Source: Candidatus Bathyarchaeia archaeon (GTDB taxonomy: Archaea > Thermoproteota > Bathyarchaeia > 40CM-2-53-6). From it: a DNA stretch of 32,000 nucleotides. How positions within the stretch are numbered: the first letter of the stretch is position 1; each line of letters starts with the position of its first letter. Made by a program: the position numbers and the translations under genes. The stretch lies in assembly GCA_049513715.1 (NCBI GenBank), contig JBEKVV010000002.1, forward strand, positions 165,548 through 197,547, in the 5' to 3' direction. Shown piece after piece: positions 17,632-25,127 of the stretch. The notes under the pieces are model-generated. The model had not been told where the DNA came from, made no database searches, and worked only from the letters and a program-made list of their open reading frames with translations.

Positions 17632-18726
17632 CTAGGCGACTACCTTCTTTAGGTATTGAATGTCTCCCCCGCTTTTCCGCTCTTTCCAGAATTGACAGAC
17701 TGCGTTGTTGCTTTCAAGATAGCGGTTCATGGCGACCTCGGAGACCATTTGAGCAGAGCGGGAGATTTCCGCGAGATTCCACACGACCCCCCTGAGGGCT
17801 AGTGCGACTTTGCGGTCCTGAACATTCACGACGACTTCCTCTGTGAGGGTCTTTTCCATCTCCTCAATGTGTCTGGTTCGTTCAATGACCCGATTTGCGA
17901 GGTCGACGTCGAGCACGCTTAGGGCATCCATGGCGCCTTTGGCGATTGCTAGGGATTCGACGCCGAACTTGCAGACGTCATCGATCGTTGCGGAGAATTG
18001 TGTGTACTTTTCGTCTGCCAGGGACAGTATGAGATTTGCAATAGACTCGCTGCAATCCGCCATCTCTTCTAGGTATTTCGAGACAGCTCTGTAACCGATA
18101 GCATGCGTCGCAGATTCTATCCCAACGTGTCGTGACAACGGGATCTTTGAGACGGCGCGGAATATTTGCCGCAGAATAAGCCAATAGAGCCTATCTGCTT
18201 CATTCTCGAGTTCCAAGACCTCTAGGGCCAGTGAGAACTTCCTATCCGTCAGGGCCTGCATCGCTGTCTCTAGCATTGAGACTGCGACTTTGTGCAGCCG
18301 TCCAAGGAGTCCCGTGATCGGGAATTTTGTGGGGTCCAAGAAGCATTGAATCACTGCTTCCTTCGGAGTCTGCTCTACTATTCCCAGCCCGCTCAGCCTT
18401 CGAGTGGAATCGCGGATTTCCGCGAGTTGTTCGGGGGTAAGTTCGTTGGAGGAAGAGATTATGATTGTGTCGCGGCCGAGGATGTAATTCCCTGTAATCA
18501 TTCTCTCTAGGAGTTCGCGGTCTTTGCATGCGTCTGCGTTGATCTTGCAGACAGTCATCTCCTCGGATTCCATTTCGCTGCCAGGGGTTACGACTAGCTC
18601 GCCGAATTCGGAGAGGCGAAGTGTGACTACGCCTCCTTGCTTTAACCCCACTTGCCTAACCCAATCTCTTGGTAGTGATACGGTTAATGTCGAGTGGCCG
18701 ACTCTCTGGACCTTTCTAATCTCCAA
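17632..18726 (-). CDS. AbrB/SpoVT-domain + PhoU-domain regulator (paralogue 1)
   Basis: The N-terminal swapped-hairpin motif MEIRKVQRVGHSTLTVSLPRDWVRQVGLKQGGVV, followed by two PhoU-like helical repeats (EADRLYWLILRQ..., ...WNLAEISRSAQMVSEVA). TTG start. Confidence 0.8.
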   Translation of the reverse strand: MEIRKVQRVGHSTLTVSLPRDWVRQVGLKQGGVVTLRLSEFGELVVTPGSEMESEEMTVCKINADACKDRELLERMITGNYILGRDTIIISSSNELTPEQLAEIRDSTRRLSGLGIVEQTPKEAVIQCFLDPTKFPITGLLGRLHKVAVSMLETAMQALTDRKFSLALEVLELENEADRLYWLILRQIFRAVSKIPLSRHVGIESATHAIGYRAVSKYLEEMADCSESIANLILSLADEKYTQFSATIDDVCKFGVESLAIAKGAMDALSVLDVDLANRVIERTRHIEEMEKTLTEEVVVNVQDRKVALALRGVVWNLAEISRSAQMVSEVAMNRYLESNNAVCQFWKERKSGGDIQYLKKVVA

Positions 18727-18814
18727 TATTTTTTCACTTTGACGTGAGGCCTAGTAGATGTCTAGTGCCGAACTAGGCTGGGGTGGGTAGTGCTGTTATA
18801 TATTTCGACGGCAT

Positions 18815-18828
18815 TCTATATAGAGAAA
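18815..18828. promoter_or_regulatory. palindrome TCTATATAGA overlapping TATAGAGAAA, upstream of AbrB-PhoU paralogue 1
   Basis: A 10-bp perfect palindrome. The 10-mer TATAGAGAAA (18819-18828) is identical to 27730-27739. In gene orientation, TCTCTATA lies about 93-100 nt upstream of the start. It is a TATA-box/operator candidate. Confidence 0.4.
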
Positions 18829-18880
18829 GCACGACACGAATCACGCAACCAAACAAGCATGAACTTTTGGTACCTCTAAA

Positions 18881-19279
18881 TCATTGAACTTCCGCTTTAG
18901 CCTCTGAAGGAAGCACCATCCGAACCTTTGTTATTACGCACTCATCACCCCCTTCGATAGCGAGGGGGTTTCCGCACTTTGGGCACTCCAATCGCGGCAG
19001 CCCGTAGTGGAACAGCGGTGGATCCTCAGGATTGAACTCCTCTCGGTAATTGCAGGTTGAACAGTGAACAGTGCCATTGGTTTCCTCCGTAATCAGCCTC
19101 GAGCCCTCCAACACTGTTCCTTTCGCAAGGATCTCGTAGGAGAACTTCACCTGCTCGACCGATAGTGCTCTGAGCTTCCCGACTTTCAGGTGGACTTCCA
19201 GCACCTGCTTCGGGCCCTGCTGCTTAACCAAGTCTAGTAGTGCTTCGACCAGGTATGTTGTGATTGTGAATTCATGCAT
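18881..19279 (-). CDS. hypA: hydrogenase nickel-insertion protein HypA
   Basis: MHEFTIT at the N-terminus (the conserved MHE Ni site) and zinc motifs CSTCN...CPKCG. The ORF track begins 4 codons earlier (19291); I prefer the MHEF start. Confidence 0.88.
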   Translation of the reverse strand: MHEFTITTYLVEALLDLVKQQGPKQVLEVHLKVGKLRALSVEQVKFSYEILAKGTVLEGSRLITEETNGTVHCSTCNYREEFNPEDPPLFHYGLPRLECPKCGNPLAIEGGDECVITKVRMVLPSEAKAEVQ

Positions 19280-19297
19280 GCGATGCGCCATCTATGC

Positions 19298-20044
19298 CTA
19301 GCTCAGGCCGAGATGCTTGATGACCTCGTCCACCCCTAGCCCGGTTTTGCAGCTCGTCGGAACTGCTTTTGCTTTAGGGTTGAGTCTTGCAATGTCATCC
19401 ATCAACTTCTCAGGTTTCACATCCATGGCCTCTGCAAGGTCGACCTTGTTTATTGCAACTACGTTTGCGCCCAAAAAAATCATGGGGTGCTTGAGTACCA
19501 TGTACGGCCCCTCGGTTACGCTGATGACGACTAGGCGTTTGTCAGCTCCTAACGGGAATTCGGAGGGGCAGATGAGGTTTCCAACGTTTTCGATGAAGAT
19601 AAGATCGAGCTTGTCCAATGGGATCTTGTCCAGTGCTTTCTTGATGAGGTTTGCGTCCAAGTGGCACTCTTTGCCCGTGTTTACTTGAACTGTGGGCACG
19701 CCCTCCTCAGCGATGATGTCGGCGTCTATGGTGGTTGTGACGTCCCCTTCAATCACTGCCAACCGATGCTTCTTCTTCAACCGAGAAACAACCGCTTTGA
19801 TTAGCGAGGTTTTTCCAGAACCCACTGACCCCATTACATCGATGGCGTGAACCCCGTGGGATTCGAGGCGTTCTTTGTTCTCGTTTGCCAAGCGTTGATT
19901 CTCTCTTAGAATATTGATTTCGAGCTCGACATCGTATACTTCGCCTTCGGAGGCGGTGATGACGTCAGTTAGTTTGGTCAATGTGATCACGATTCGGAAG
20001 TCCGTCGTCCTCGTTATGAACGTGATTGCTGGTTTCCTCAGCAA
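19298..20044 (-). CDS. hypB: hydrogenase nickel-incorporation GTPase HypB
   Basis: P-loop GSVGSGKTSLI, ENVGNLICP and NKVDL (G4). The start is uncertain: TTG at 20044, with in-frame GTG at 19990 and TTG at 19981. A TATA-like string at 20056-20066 argues for a downstream start. Confidence 0.88.
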   Translation of the reverse strand: MLRKPAITFITRTTDFRIVITLTKLTDVITASEGEVYDVELEINILRENQRLANENKERLESHGVHAIDVMGSVGSGKTSLIKAVVSRLKKKHRLAVIEGDVTTTIDADIIAEEGVPTVQVNTGKECHLDANLIKKALDKIPLDKLDLIFIENVGNLICPSEFPLGADKRLVVISVTEGPYMVLKHPMIFLGANVVAINKVDLAEAMDVKPEKLMDDIARLNPKAKAVPTSCKTGLGVDEVIKHLGLS

Positions 20045-20154
20045 TGGGGCATCGAGGATATATTGGTCGAGGAGTTGGCTTCATCCCATTTGTGGGTATG
20101 GCGTCACAAACATATAGCTATGACATATGAAATGTTTTGTGGGATGCAGTCGAC

Positions 20155-20394
20155 GTGTGCCTCAGCTTTCCAGGAAAAATAATGGAAATCAACGGGGAAC
20201 TGGCCACGGTCGACTATGGTGAAGACGGCGTTAGGAAAAACGTTAACGTATCTCTCGTGGAAGCTCAGCTCGGAAGCTACGTTCTCGTTCAAGGAGGATT
20301 CGCCATTAGAGTCCTTCCCGAAAAGGAAGCCCTAGAGACGCTTGAGACTTGGAAGATGGTTCGAGAACTGCAAAACTCGCCGGAGGTGCCTTAG
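20155..20394 (+). CDS. hypC: hydrogenase assembly chaperone HypC/HupF
   Basis: A GTG start gives the N-terminus M-CLSFPGKIMEI with the essential Cys2. The C-terminal motif GSYVLVQGGFAIRVL has Gln where HypC normally has His. Confidence 0.85.
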   Translation: MCLSFPGKIMEINGELATVDYGEDGVRKNVNVSLVEAQLGSYVLVQGGFAIRVLPEKEALETLETWKMVRELQNSPEVP

Positions 20395-20396
20395 AA

Positions 20397-21173
20397 TTGC
20401 CGTCTCGAACGGACGGAGCGATTCTAGCCGCACGTCACAGTTTCATGCCCAACCGCCTCGGCTATTGCGGCCCGGATGAGAATGATGTCTTGCTCGATGC
20501 CTGCGTAAACAACCGCAGCAGCAAACCGCTAATCGAGGCCCTGAAGGGGTTCCAGGCTGCGTTTCCTTACCTGAAATTCATCGCCCAATCTCTGGGCATA
20601 GATGATCCATTCAACTACCGGGTAGTTGAGGCGTACTGGATTGGCAATGATGCCCTGCAAAGGATACCGCTGGACGGGTTCTATGATCACTTGAGGGAGC
20701 GATTGAAGGCCAAGTTCACGAAGGAGCAGGTCAAGAAACTCTTCGAAGCACAACCATACGCACCGTTCCCCCATCACGCATTGCACGTCTTCAACGCATT
20801 CTCCACAATGGGTACGGTTCCGGACTCGTTTGCAACTGGGACTGGACCCGACGACACAGTTGGGAAGATGATGGATAAGTGCAAAATCTCTTGGGGAAGA
20901 ATTATCGGCCCCGATGATAAGGGCAATTTGATCGTAGAATACGAACCCGTAGAACGACATGACGGGAAGCTGTCATTGGGTCAGCCCGCTAAAGCGAAAG
21001 TCGCATTCGAGGCCCAAGGCCGAAGCTTCGTCAACGGCGCGAAGCCTGGTGATTGGATTTCATTCCACTGGGGCTTTGCTTGCACAACTCTTACCCCGTT
21101 GCAAGTAGCTAATTTGAGGAAATACACTTTAGCCGACATGGCTCTATCAAACAGAGTTCCCATCCATCAGTAA
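20397..21173 (+). CDS. uncharacterised conserved protein with NRLGYCGP motif and HypC-like C-terminal segment
   Basis: An in-frame TTG lies 3 nt after the hypC stop (an alternative ATG is at 20445). The N-terminal region has PNRLGYCGP. The C-terminal ~70 aa end in GDWISFHWGFACTTLTPLQVANL, which resembles the HypC core motif. I have a vague recollection of a DUF family with this N-terminal motif but cannot confirm it. Confidence 0.55.
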   Translation: MPSRTDGAILAARHSFMPNRLGYCGPDENDVLLDACVNNRSSKPLIEALKGFQAAFPYLKFIAQSLGIDDPFNYRVVEAYWIGNDALQRIPLDGFYDHLRERLKAKFTKEQVKKLFEAQPYAPFPHHALHVFNAFSTMGTVPDSFATGTGPDDTVGKMMDKCKISWGRIIGPDDKGNLIVEYEPVERHDGKLSLGQPAKAKVAFEAQGRSFVNGAKPGDWISFHWGFACTTLTPLQVANLRKYTLADMALSNRVPIHQ

Positions 21174-21197
21174 ACCGAATTCGGTGGGTTTCGAAAA

Positions 21198-22421
21198 ATG
21201 TCTTTGCGTAACCGTTGGGCAATTGCCACGTTGACCAGTGCTGGCGTCTTCGTTACCTACATGCTTCGCTTCAATATTTCACCGATTGGGCAGCTAATCT
21301 CAACGGACCTTCATCTTTCTGATTTTGAGCTGGGACTAGTTCTGTCTGGGTCGCTTTGGATTTACACTCTCATGCAGCCTGTTGCAGGCCTGATTACGGA
21401 TCGGTATGGAGCGAAGCTGAGTCTCCTCTTCGGAGGGATGGCCACGTCGGTTCTAACGGTAGCTTCCGGTTTTGCAGGTTCATTTTACGCGCTCCTCGGT
21501 ATGCGAGTTATCATTGGGGCGACGCAGGCCCCGAATTTTGTCACTGGTGCGAGCGTAACCTCTTCCGAATGGTTCAATAAGAGTCAGAAAGCTCGTGCTA
21601 CTTCAATTTGGATTTCTGGCGGACGATTCGGCCAGGTGTTGACGCTACCTTTCGCAGCTTGGTTAGGGGTGGTCTATGGTTGGCAGTGGGCTTTCTTTGT
21701 GACGGGGTTGTTCGGAATCGCTTGGTGCACTGCCTGGTACATTGGGTTCCAAAACAACCCTCCAGAGTCGTCACGAAGAAAAGAAGGGCCCGCGAGGAAG
21801 AGCCTAAGCATTCGCCAAAGTCTTCTCGCTGTACTTACCCCGTTAGGGTTTGGGTTCGCGTTGGCTAGCTTCGGCCAGGGCTACGTGGCATATTATCTGA
21901 ACCTGTGGTTGCCCACGTACTTGGTAAGGCAGCAGAAGTTCACGATACTTAATGCTGGAATCTTCTCGACCCTGCCATTCATTGCGCTTGTGGTCACGTT
22001 ACTTCTCATAGGTGGGGTTGCTTCCGATTATGTTGTGAAACGCGGTGCCTCACCCGTGGGGTTTCGGCGGAATCTTTTCTCAGTCGGCATGGTATTGACG
22101 GCGATCATGCTTTTCGCCTCTGCCTACGCTCCGGACCCGTACACTGCTGTGGCCGCAATCAGCGTAGCAGGCGCGTGTTTGGGTTTCTCGACGCCATCTT
22201 TGTGGGTGGCGATGGTTGAGTCAACTCCGAGGGAAGTGACCGGGGCGATGGGAGGGATTCAGAACCTTGGTGGTAATCTTGCCGGGATTGTGGTTTCTAT
22301 TTTGACGGGATATCTTTTGCAAGTTACGAAGAGTTTCTTCTTGGCCTTGCTCGCGGGTGCGGGCGTGGCGTTGCTTGGCGCGGTGGCGGCATTTGTGCTG
22401 ATCAGGCCGAGGAAGAAATGA
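21198..22421 (+). CDS. MFS transporter (anion:cation symporter-like)
   Basis: About 12 TM segments. The loop 2-3 motif GLITDRYGAK and the overall pattern are typical of MFS_1/ACS-family organic-anion permeases. It starts 24 nt after the preceding gene. Confidence 0.8.
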   Translation: MSLRNRWAIATLTSAGVFVTYMLRFNISPIGQLISTDLHLSDFELGLVLSGSLWIYTLMQPVAGLITDRYGAKLSLLFGGMATSVLTVASGFAGSFYALLGMRVIIGATQAPNFVTGASVTSSEWFNKSQKARATSIWISGGRFGQVLTLPFAAWLGVVYGWQWAFFVTGLFGIAWCTAWYIGFQNNPPESSRRKEGPARKSLSIRQSLLAVLTPLGFGFALASFGQGYVAYYLNLWLPTYLVRQQKFTILNAGIFSTLPFIALVVTLLLIGGVASDYVVKRGASPVGFRRNLFSVGMVLTAIMLFASAYAPDPYTAVAAISVAGACLGFSTPSLWVAMVESTPREVTGAMGGIQNLGGNLAGIVVSILTGYLLQVTKSFFLALLAGAGVALLGAVAAFVLIRPRKK

Positions 22422-22521
22422 GCCTTCAAGTGAACATCCAAGCGGTTTGCTGCGAAATCGTTGATTTGACTGACCGAATGTAGATGTCACGTTGTCGGCA
22501 GATGTAGTAGATCGGTAGCTA

Positions 22522-22537
22522 TTTTATATAGAATACC
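22522..22537 (+). promoter_or_regulatory. TATA-box-like element (TTTTATATAGAATACC) for the ferritin-like/OFOR operon
   Basis: It matches the archaeal TATA consensus TTTAWATA and lies about 58-66 nt upstream of the ATG at 22588. Confidence 0.45.
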
Positions 22538-22587
22538 AACAGAACTCCTAAGAGTAATTACATTCGGTTCTCTCGGATGGCGAGCGT

Positions 22588-23007
22588 ATGCGAAACCAGC
22601 AGTTAATGGCACTTTTAAAAGACCAGCTCGACCACGAAGAGCAAGAAACCGAGGTCTACGCGCGCAAAATCCGAGAAACCAAGCACTCAGTCGCAAAACT
22701 AGTCTTCGCTAAGCTAATGAGAGATTCAATGCAACACGCTGACGTCTTGAACGGCGCAATCTTGTACTTGGCTAGGGATCAGTGGGAGGCACTGGCCCCC
22801 GTCAAAGAAACGCGCGAGGAGATGCTTCGGCTTATGGAAATGGGGGAGAAAGCCCTTAGACTATTCACATCAGCAACCACGCAGGTGAGTGATCCACATT
22901 TGAAGTCGCTGCTGACAATGCTCGCTTTGGACGAGGAGGAACACTACGGATTGCTCCGGTATGTGCTAGAGAATTTCGTTGAAAAGAAAGAGGCAGTAAA
23001 AGCATGA
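22588..23007 (+). CDS. ferritin-like/rubrerythrin-like four-helix-bundle protein
   Basis: Four predicted helices with acidic/His pairs (LDHEEQETEVY, RDSMQHADVL, MEMGEKAL, LALDEEEHYGLL). Only the second half has a clean ExxH. Its stop overlaps the next start (ATGA). Confidence 0.45.
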   Translation: MRNQQLMALLKDQLDHEEQETEVYARKIRETKHSVAKLVFAKLMRDSMQHADVLNGAILYLARDQWEALAPVKETREEMLRLMEMGEKALRLFTSATTQVSDPHLKSLLTMLALDEEEHYGLLRYVLENFVEKKEAVKA

Positions 23008-23252
23008 GTCAAACGACTGTTTTTCACCCACGAGCTAACGTCAAGATTCTAGATGAAAGTTGCAAGGCTTGCGAGCTTTGCGTTGTAACGTGTCCGCAAG
23101 GCAACTTGAAGTTATCAACAAGACTGAACCACGCGGGCTTTCACCCCGCAGAATTCACGTACCAAGGAACCAAAGGGCAATGCACGGGGTGCGCAATTTG
23201 CTACTGGGTTTGCCCAGATTTCGCGATCCATGAAGTACAGGTTGCTGTATGA
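23004..23252 (+). CDS. 2-oxoacid:ferredoxin oxidoreductase delta subunit (2x[4Fe-4S] ferredoxin)
   Basis: Two CxxCxxCxxxCP motifs (CKACELCVVTCP, CTGCAICYWVCP) in about 82 aa, directly upstream of the alpha subunit. Confidence 0.88.
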   Translation: MSQTTVFHPRANVKILDESCKACELCVVTCPQGNLKLSTRLNHAGFHPAEFTYQGTKGQCTGCAICYWVCPDFAIHEVQVAV

Positions 23253-23253
23253 T

Positions 23254-24330
23254 ATGGCCAAAGAACGAGTCTATTTGAAAGGTAACGAGGCTCTAGCGTA
23301 CGGTGCGTTGGAAGCAGGCCTGAACGCATACTTTGCTTACCCGATCACCCCGTCCAGCGAAATCCCAGAAACATTAGCAAAGGAATTCGGGAGCAAGAAA
23401 TACCCAGAGTTCAAGTTCTTTCTTCAAGCCGCCAGCGAGCTTGAAGCGATAAATATGGTCTTGGGAGCCGCCTCCGGTGGGGTGCTAACAATGACCGCCA
23501 CATCAAGCCCCGGCTACAGCTTGAAACAGGAAGGCCTTTCCTACGCTGTGGGAATGGAGTTGCCGTTCCTGATTACTGATATTTGCCGAGCTGGGCCAGG
23601 TTTGGGCAACCTCGGACCAGAGCAAAGTGATTACTTCCAAGCGACTAAGGGCGGTGGCCACGGCAACCATCGATTGTTCGTGTTGGCGCCAGCCTCTGTT
23701 CAAGAGATGGCCCTGTTTCCACGAATTGGATTTGACTTGGCGTTCAAGTACAGGAACCCCACACTGATTCTAGGTGACGCCTTCACAGGGCAATTGAAAG
23801 AAGACGTAGAGTTTCCAGACTTCAAACCCCCAGAATACGATGTTTCGTCATGGGCAACAACAGGAGCAGATGGGAGAGCGCCCCATATCTTGAACTCACT
23901 AGAACTCGACCTCCAGAAACACTACAAACACATTGAGAAGATCTTCGAGAAATACAAGCAAGCCGAAGCGAACGAGGTTCGATTTGAAGATTACATGACT
24001 GAAGATGCTGAGACGGTGATTGTGGCGTTTGGAATAGTGTCCCGCATCGCCAAAGGTGTCGTTAACAAGCTTCGAAAGAAGGGCGTCAAGGTTGGGTTGT
24101 TTAGGCCGATAACCCTTTGGCCGTTCCCGCATGTTGCCCTCCGGAAGCTCGCTTCGCAAGGTAAACGGTTCTTGGACGTAGAGTTGACAACGGGGCAGAT
24201 GATTGAGGATGTGAAGCTCGCTGTGGGTGATGGTGTTACTGTGGATTTCTTGGGAAAATGGGGCGGCCTCGTTCCAACGGAAGCGGAGATTGAAAGTAAG
24301 ATTCGGCGCTTGGAGGTGGTTGCAGCATGA
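23254..24330 (+). CDS. 2-oxoacid:ferredoxin oxidoreductase alpha subunit
   Basis: GNEALAYGALEAGLNAYFAYPITPSSEI is the canonical OFOR alpha N-terminus. The ATG at 23254, just after the delta stop, is preferred over the ORF-track start at 23230. Confidence 0.9.
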   Translation: MAKERVYLKGNEALAYGALEAGLNAYFAYPITPSSEIPETLAKEFGSKKYPEFKFFLQAASELEAINMVLGAASGGVLTMTATSSPGYSLKQEGLSYAVGMELPFLITDICRAGPGLGNLGPEQSDYFQATKGGGHGNHRLFVLAPASVQEMALFPRIGFDLAFKYRNPTLILGDAFTGQLKEDVEFPDFKPPEYDVSSWATTGADGRAPHILNSLELDLQKHYKHIEKIFEKYKQAEANEVRFEDYMTEDAETVIVAFGIVSRIAKGVVNKLRKKGVKVGLFRPITLWPFPHVALRKLASQGKRFLDVELTTGQMIEDVKLAVGDGVTVDFLGKWGGLVPTEAEIESKIRRLEVVAA

Positions 24331-25127
24331 GCCAACTAACCCTCAAAGTAAAGGCAGGTAAGCTCGAATCACTGACAGACAACCCTACGCACTACTGCGC
24401 AGGATGCGAACACGGAACACTAACCCGACTCATCGCCTCAGCAATGAACGAGCTGGGAATACGAGAAAAAACCGTCATGATTGACTCGGTCGGCTGCAGC
24501 GTACTAGCCTACAACTACTTCAACTGCGACCACATAATCGCGGCCCACGGTAGGGCCCCCGCCGTCGCCACAGGCCTCAAACGCGTCCGACCCGATTTGA
24601 TGGTCTATACGGTTCAGGGTGATGGAGACGCGGCCTCGATAGGCCTATTGGAACTCATCTATGCGGCGAAGAGAAATACACCGATAACTGTCTTCATGGT
24701 CAACAACGCAATCTACGGAATGACAGGCGGCCAAATGGCCCCAACCACCCTCGAAGGGCAGATTACAACAACGACACCATACGGCCGGGACCCAGCACTA
24801 ACTGGAACCGAGCTCGACGCCTCTAAGCTCGTAGCAGGTCTTGATGGACCTGCATACGTAAAGCGCGCCAGCCTAGTTGTCACAGAGCTCTCAACGTCAA
24901 GAGGAAAAGTGTACACCATCAAGAACCTGTTGGACGCAAAGAAATCAGTGGTCAACGCATTCAAAGTACAACAGATGGGGGGCTTCGCCTTCGTGGAATT
25001 CCTGAGCACTTGTTCAGTAAACTGGAAGATGTCGGTCCTGGACTCGAAGCGGTACGTGCAGGAGCACCTCATGAAGAAGTATCCGTTGGGTCTTTACAAG
25101 GACACTTTTGGAGTTGAGAAACAATGA
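24327..25127 (+). CDS. 2-oxoacid:ferredoxin oxidoreductase beta subunit (TPP-binding)
   Basis: YCAGCEHGT, the TPP motif VQGDGDA...NNAIYGMTGGQ, and an ATGA overlap with alpha. Confidence 0.9.
   Translation: MSQLTLKVKAGKLESLTDNPTHYCAGCEHGTLTRLIASAMNELGIREKTVMIDSVGCSVLAYNYFNCDHIIAAHGRAPAVATGLKRVRPDLMVYTVQGDGDAASIGLLELIYAAKRNTPITVFMVNNAIYGMTGGQMAPTTLEGQITTTTPYGRDPALTGTELDASKLVAGLDGPAYVKRASLVVTELSTSRGKVYTIKNLLDAKKSVVNAFKVQQMGGFAFVEFLSTCSVNWKMSVLDSKRYVQEHLMKKYPLGLYKDTFGVEKQ

Noticed and set aside
17632-17716. Programmed -1 frameshift fusing the AbrB-PhoU protein to ACS-alpha.
   Set aside because: The ACS frame is -1 relative to the regulator. However, there is no convincing X-XXY-YYZ slippery heptamer (C-GGG-GGA is imperfect), I saw no obvious downstream structure, and a regulator-synthetase fusion has no precedent I know of. 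Non-canonical initiation or a sequence error is more parsimonious.
20111-20130. ACATAT-AGCT-ATGACATATG repeats and the ATAGCTAT palindrome in the hypB/hypC divergent region, as a specific operator.
   Set aside because: The element is short and AT-rich, and it sits exactly where a hypC TATA box is expected (25-45 nt upstream of the GTG at 20155). A generic promoter explains it better than a distinct regulatory site.
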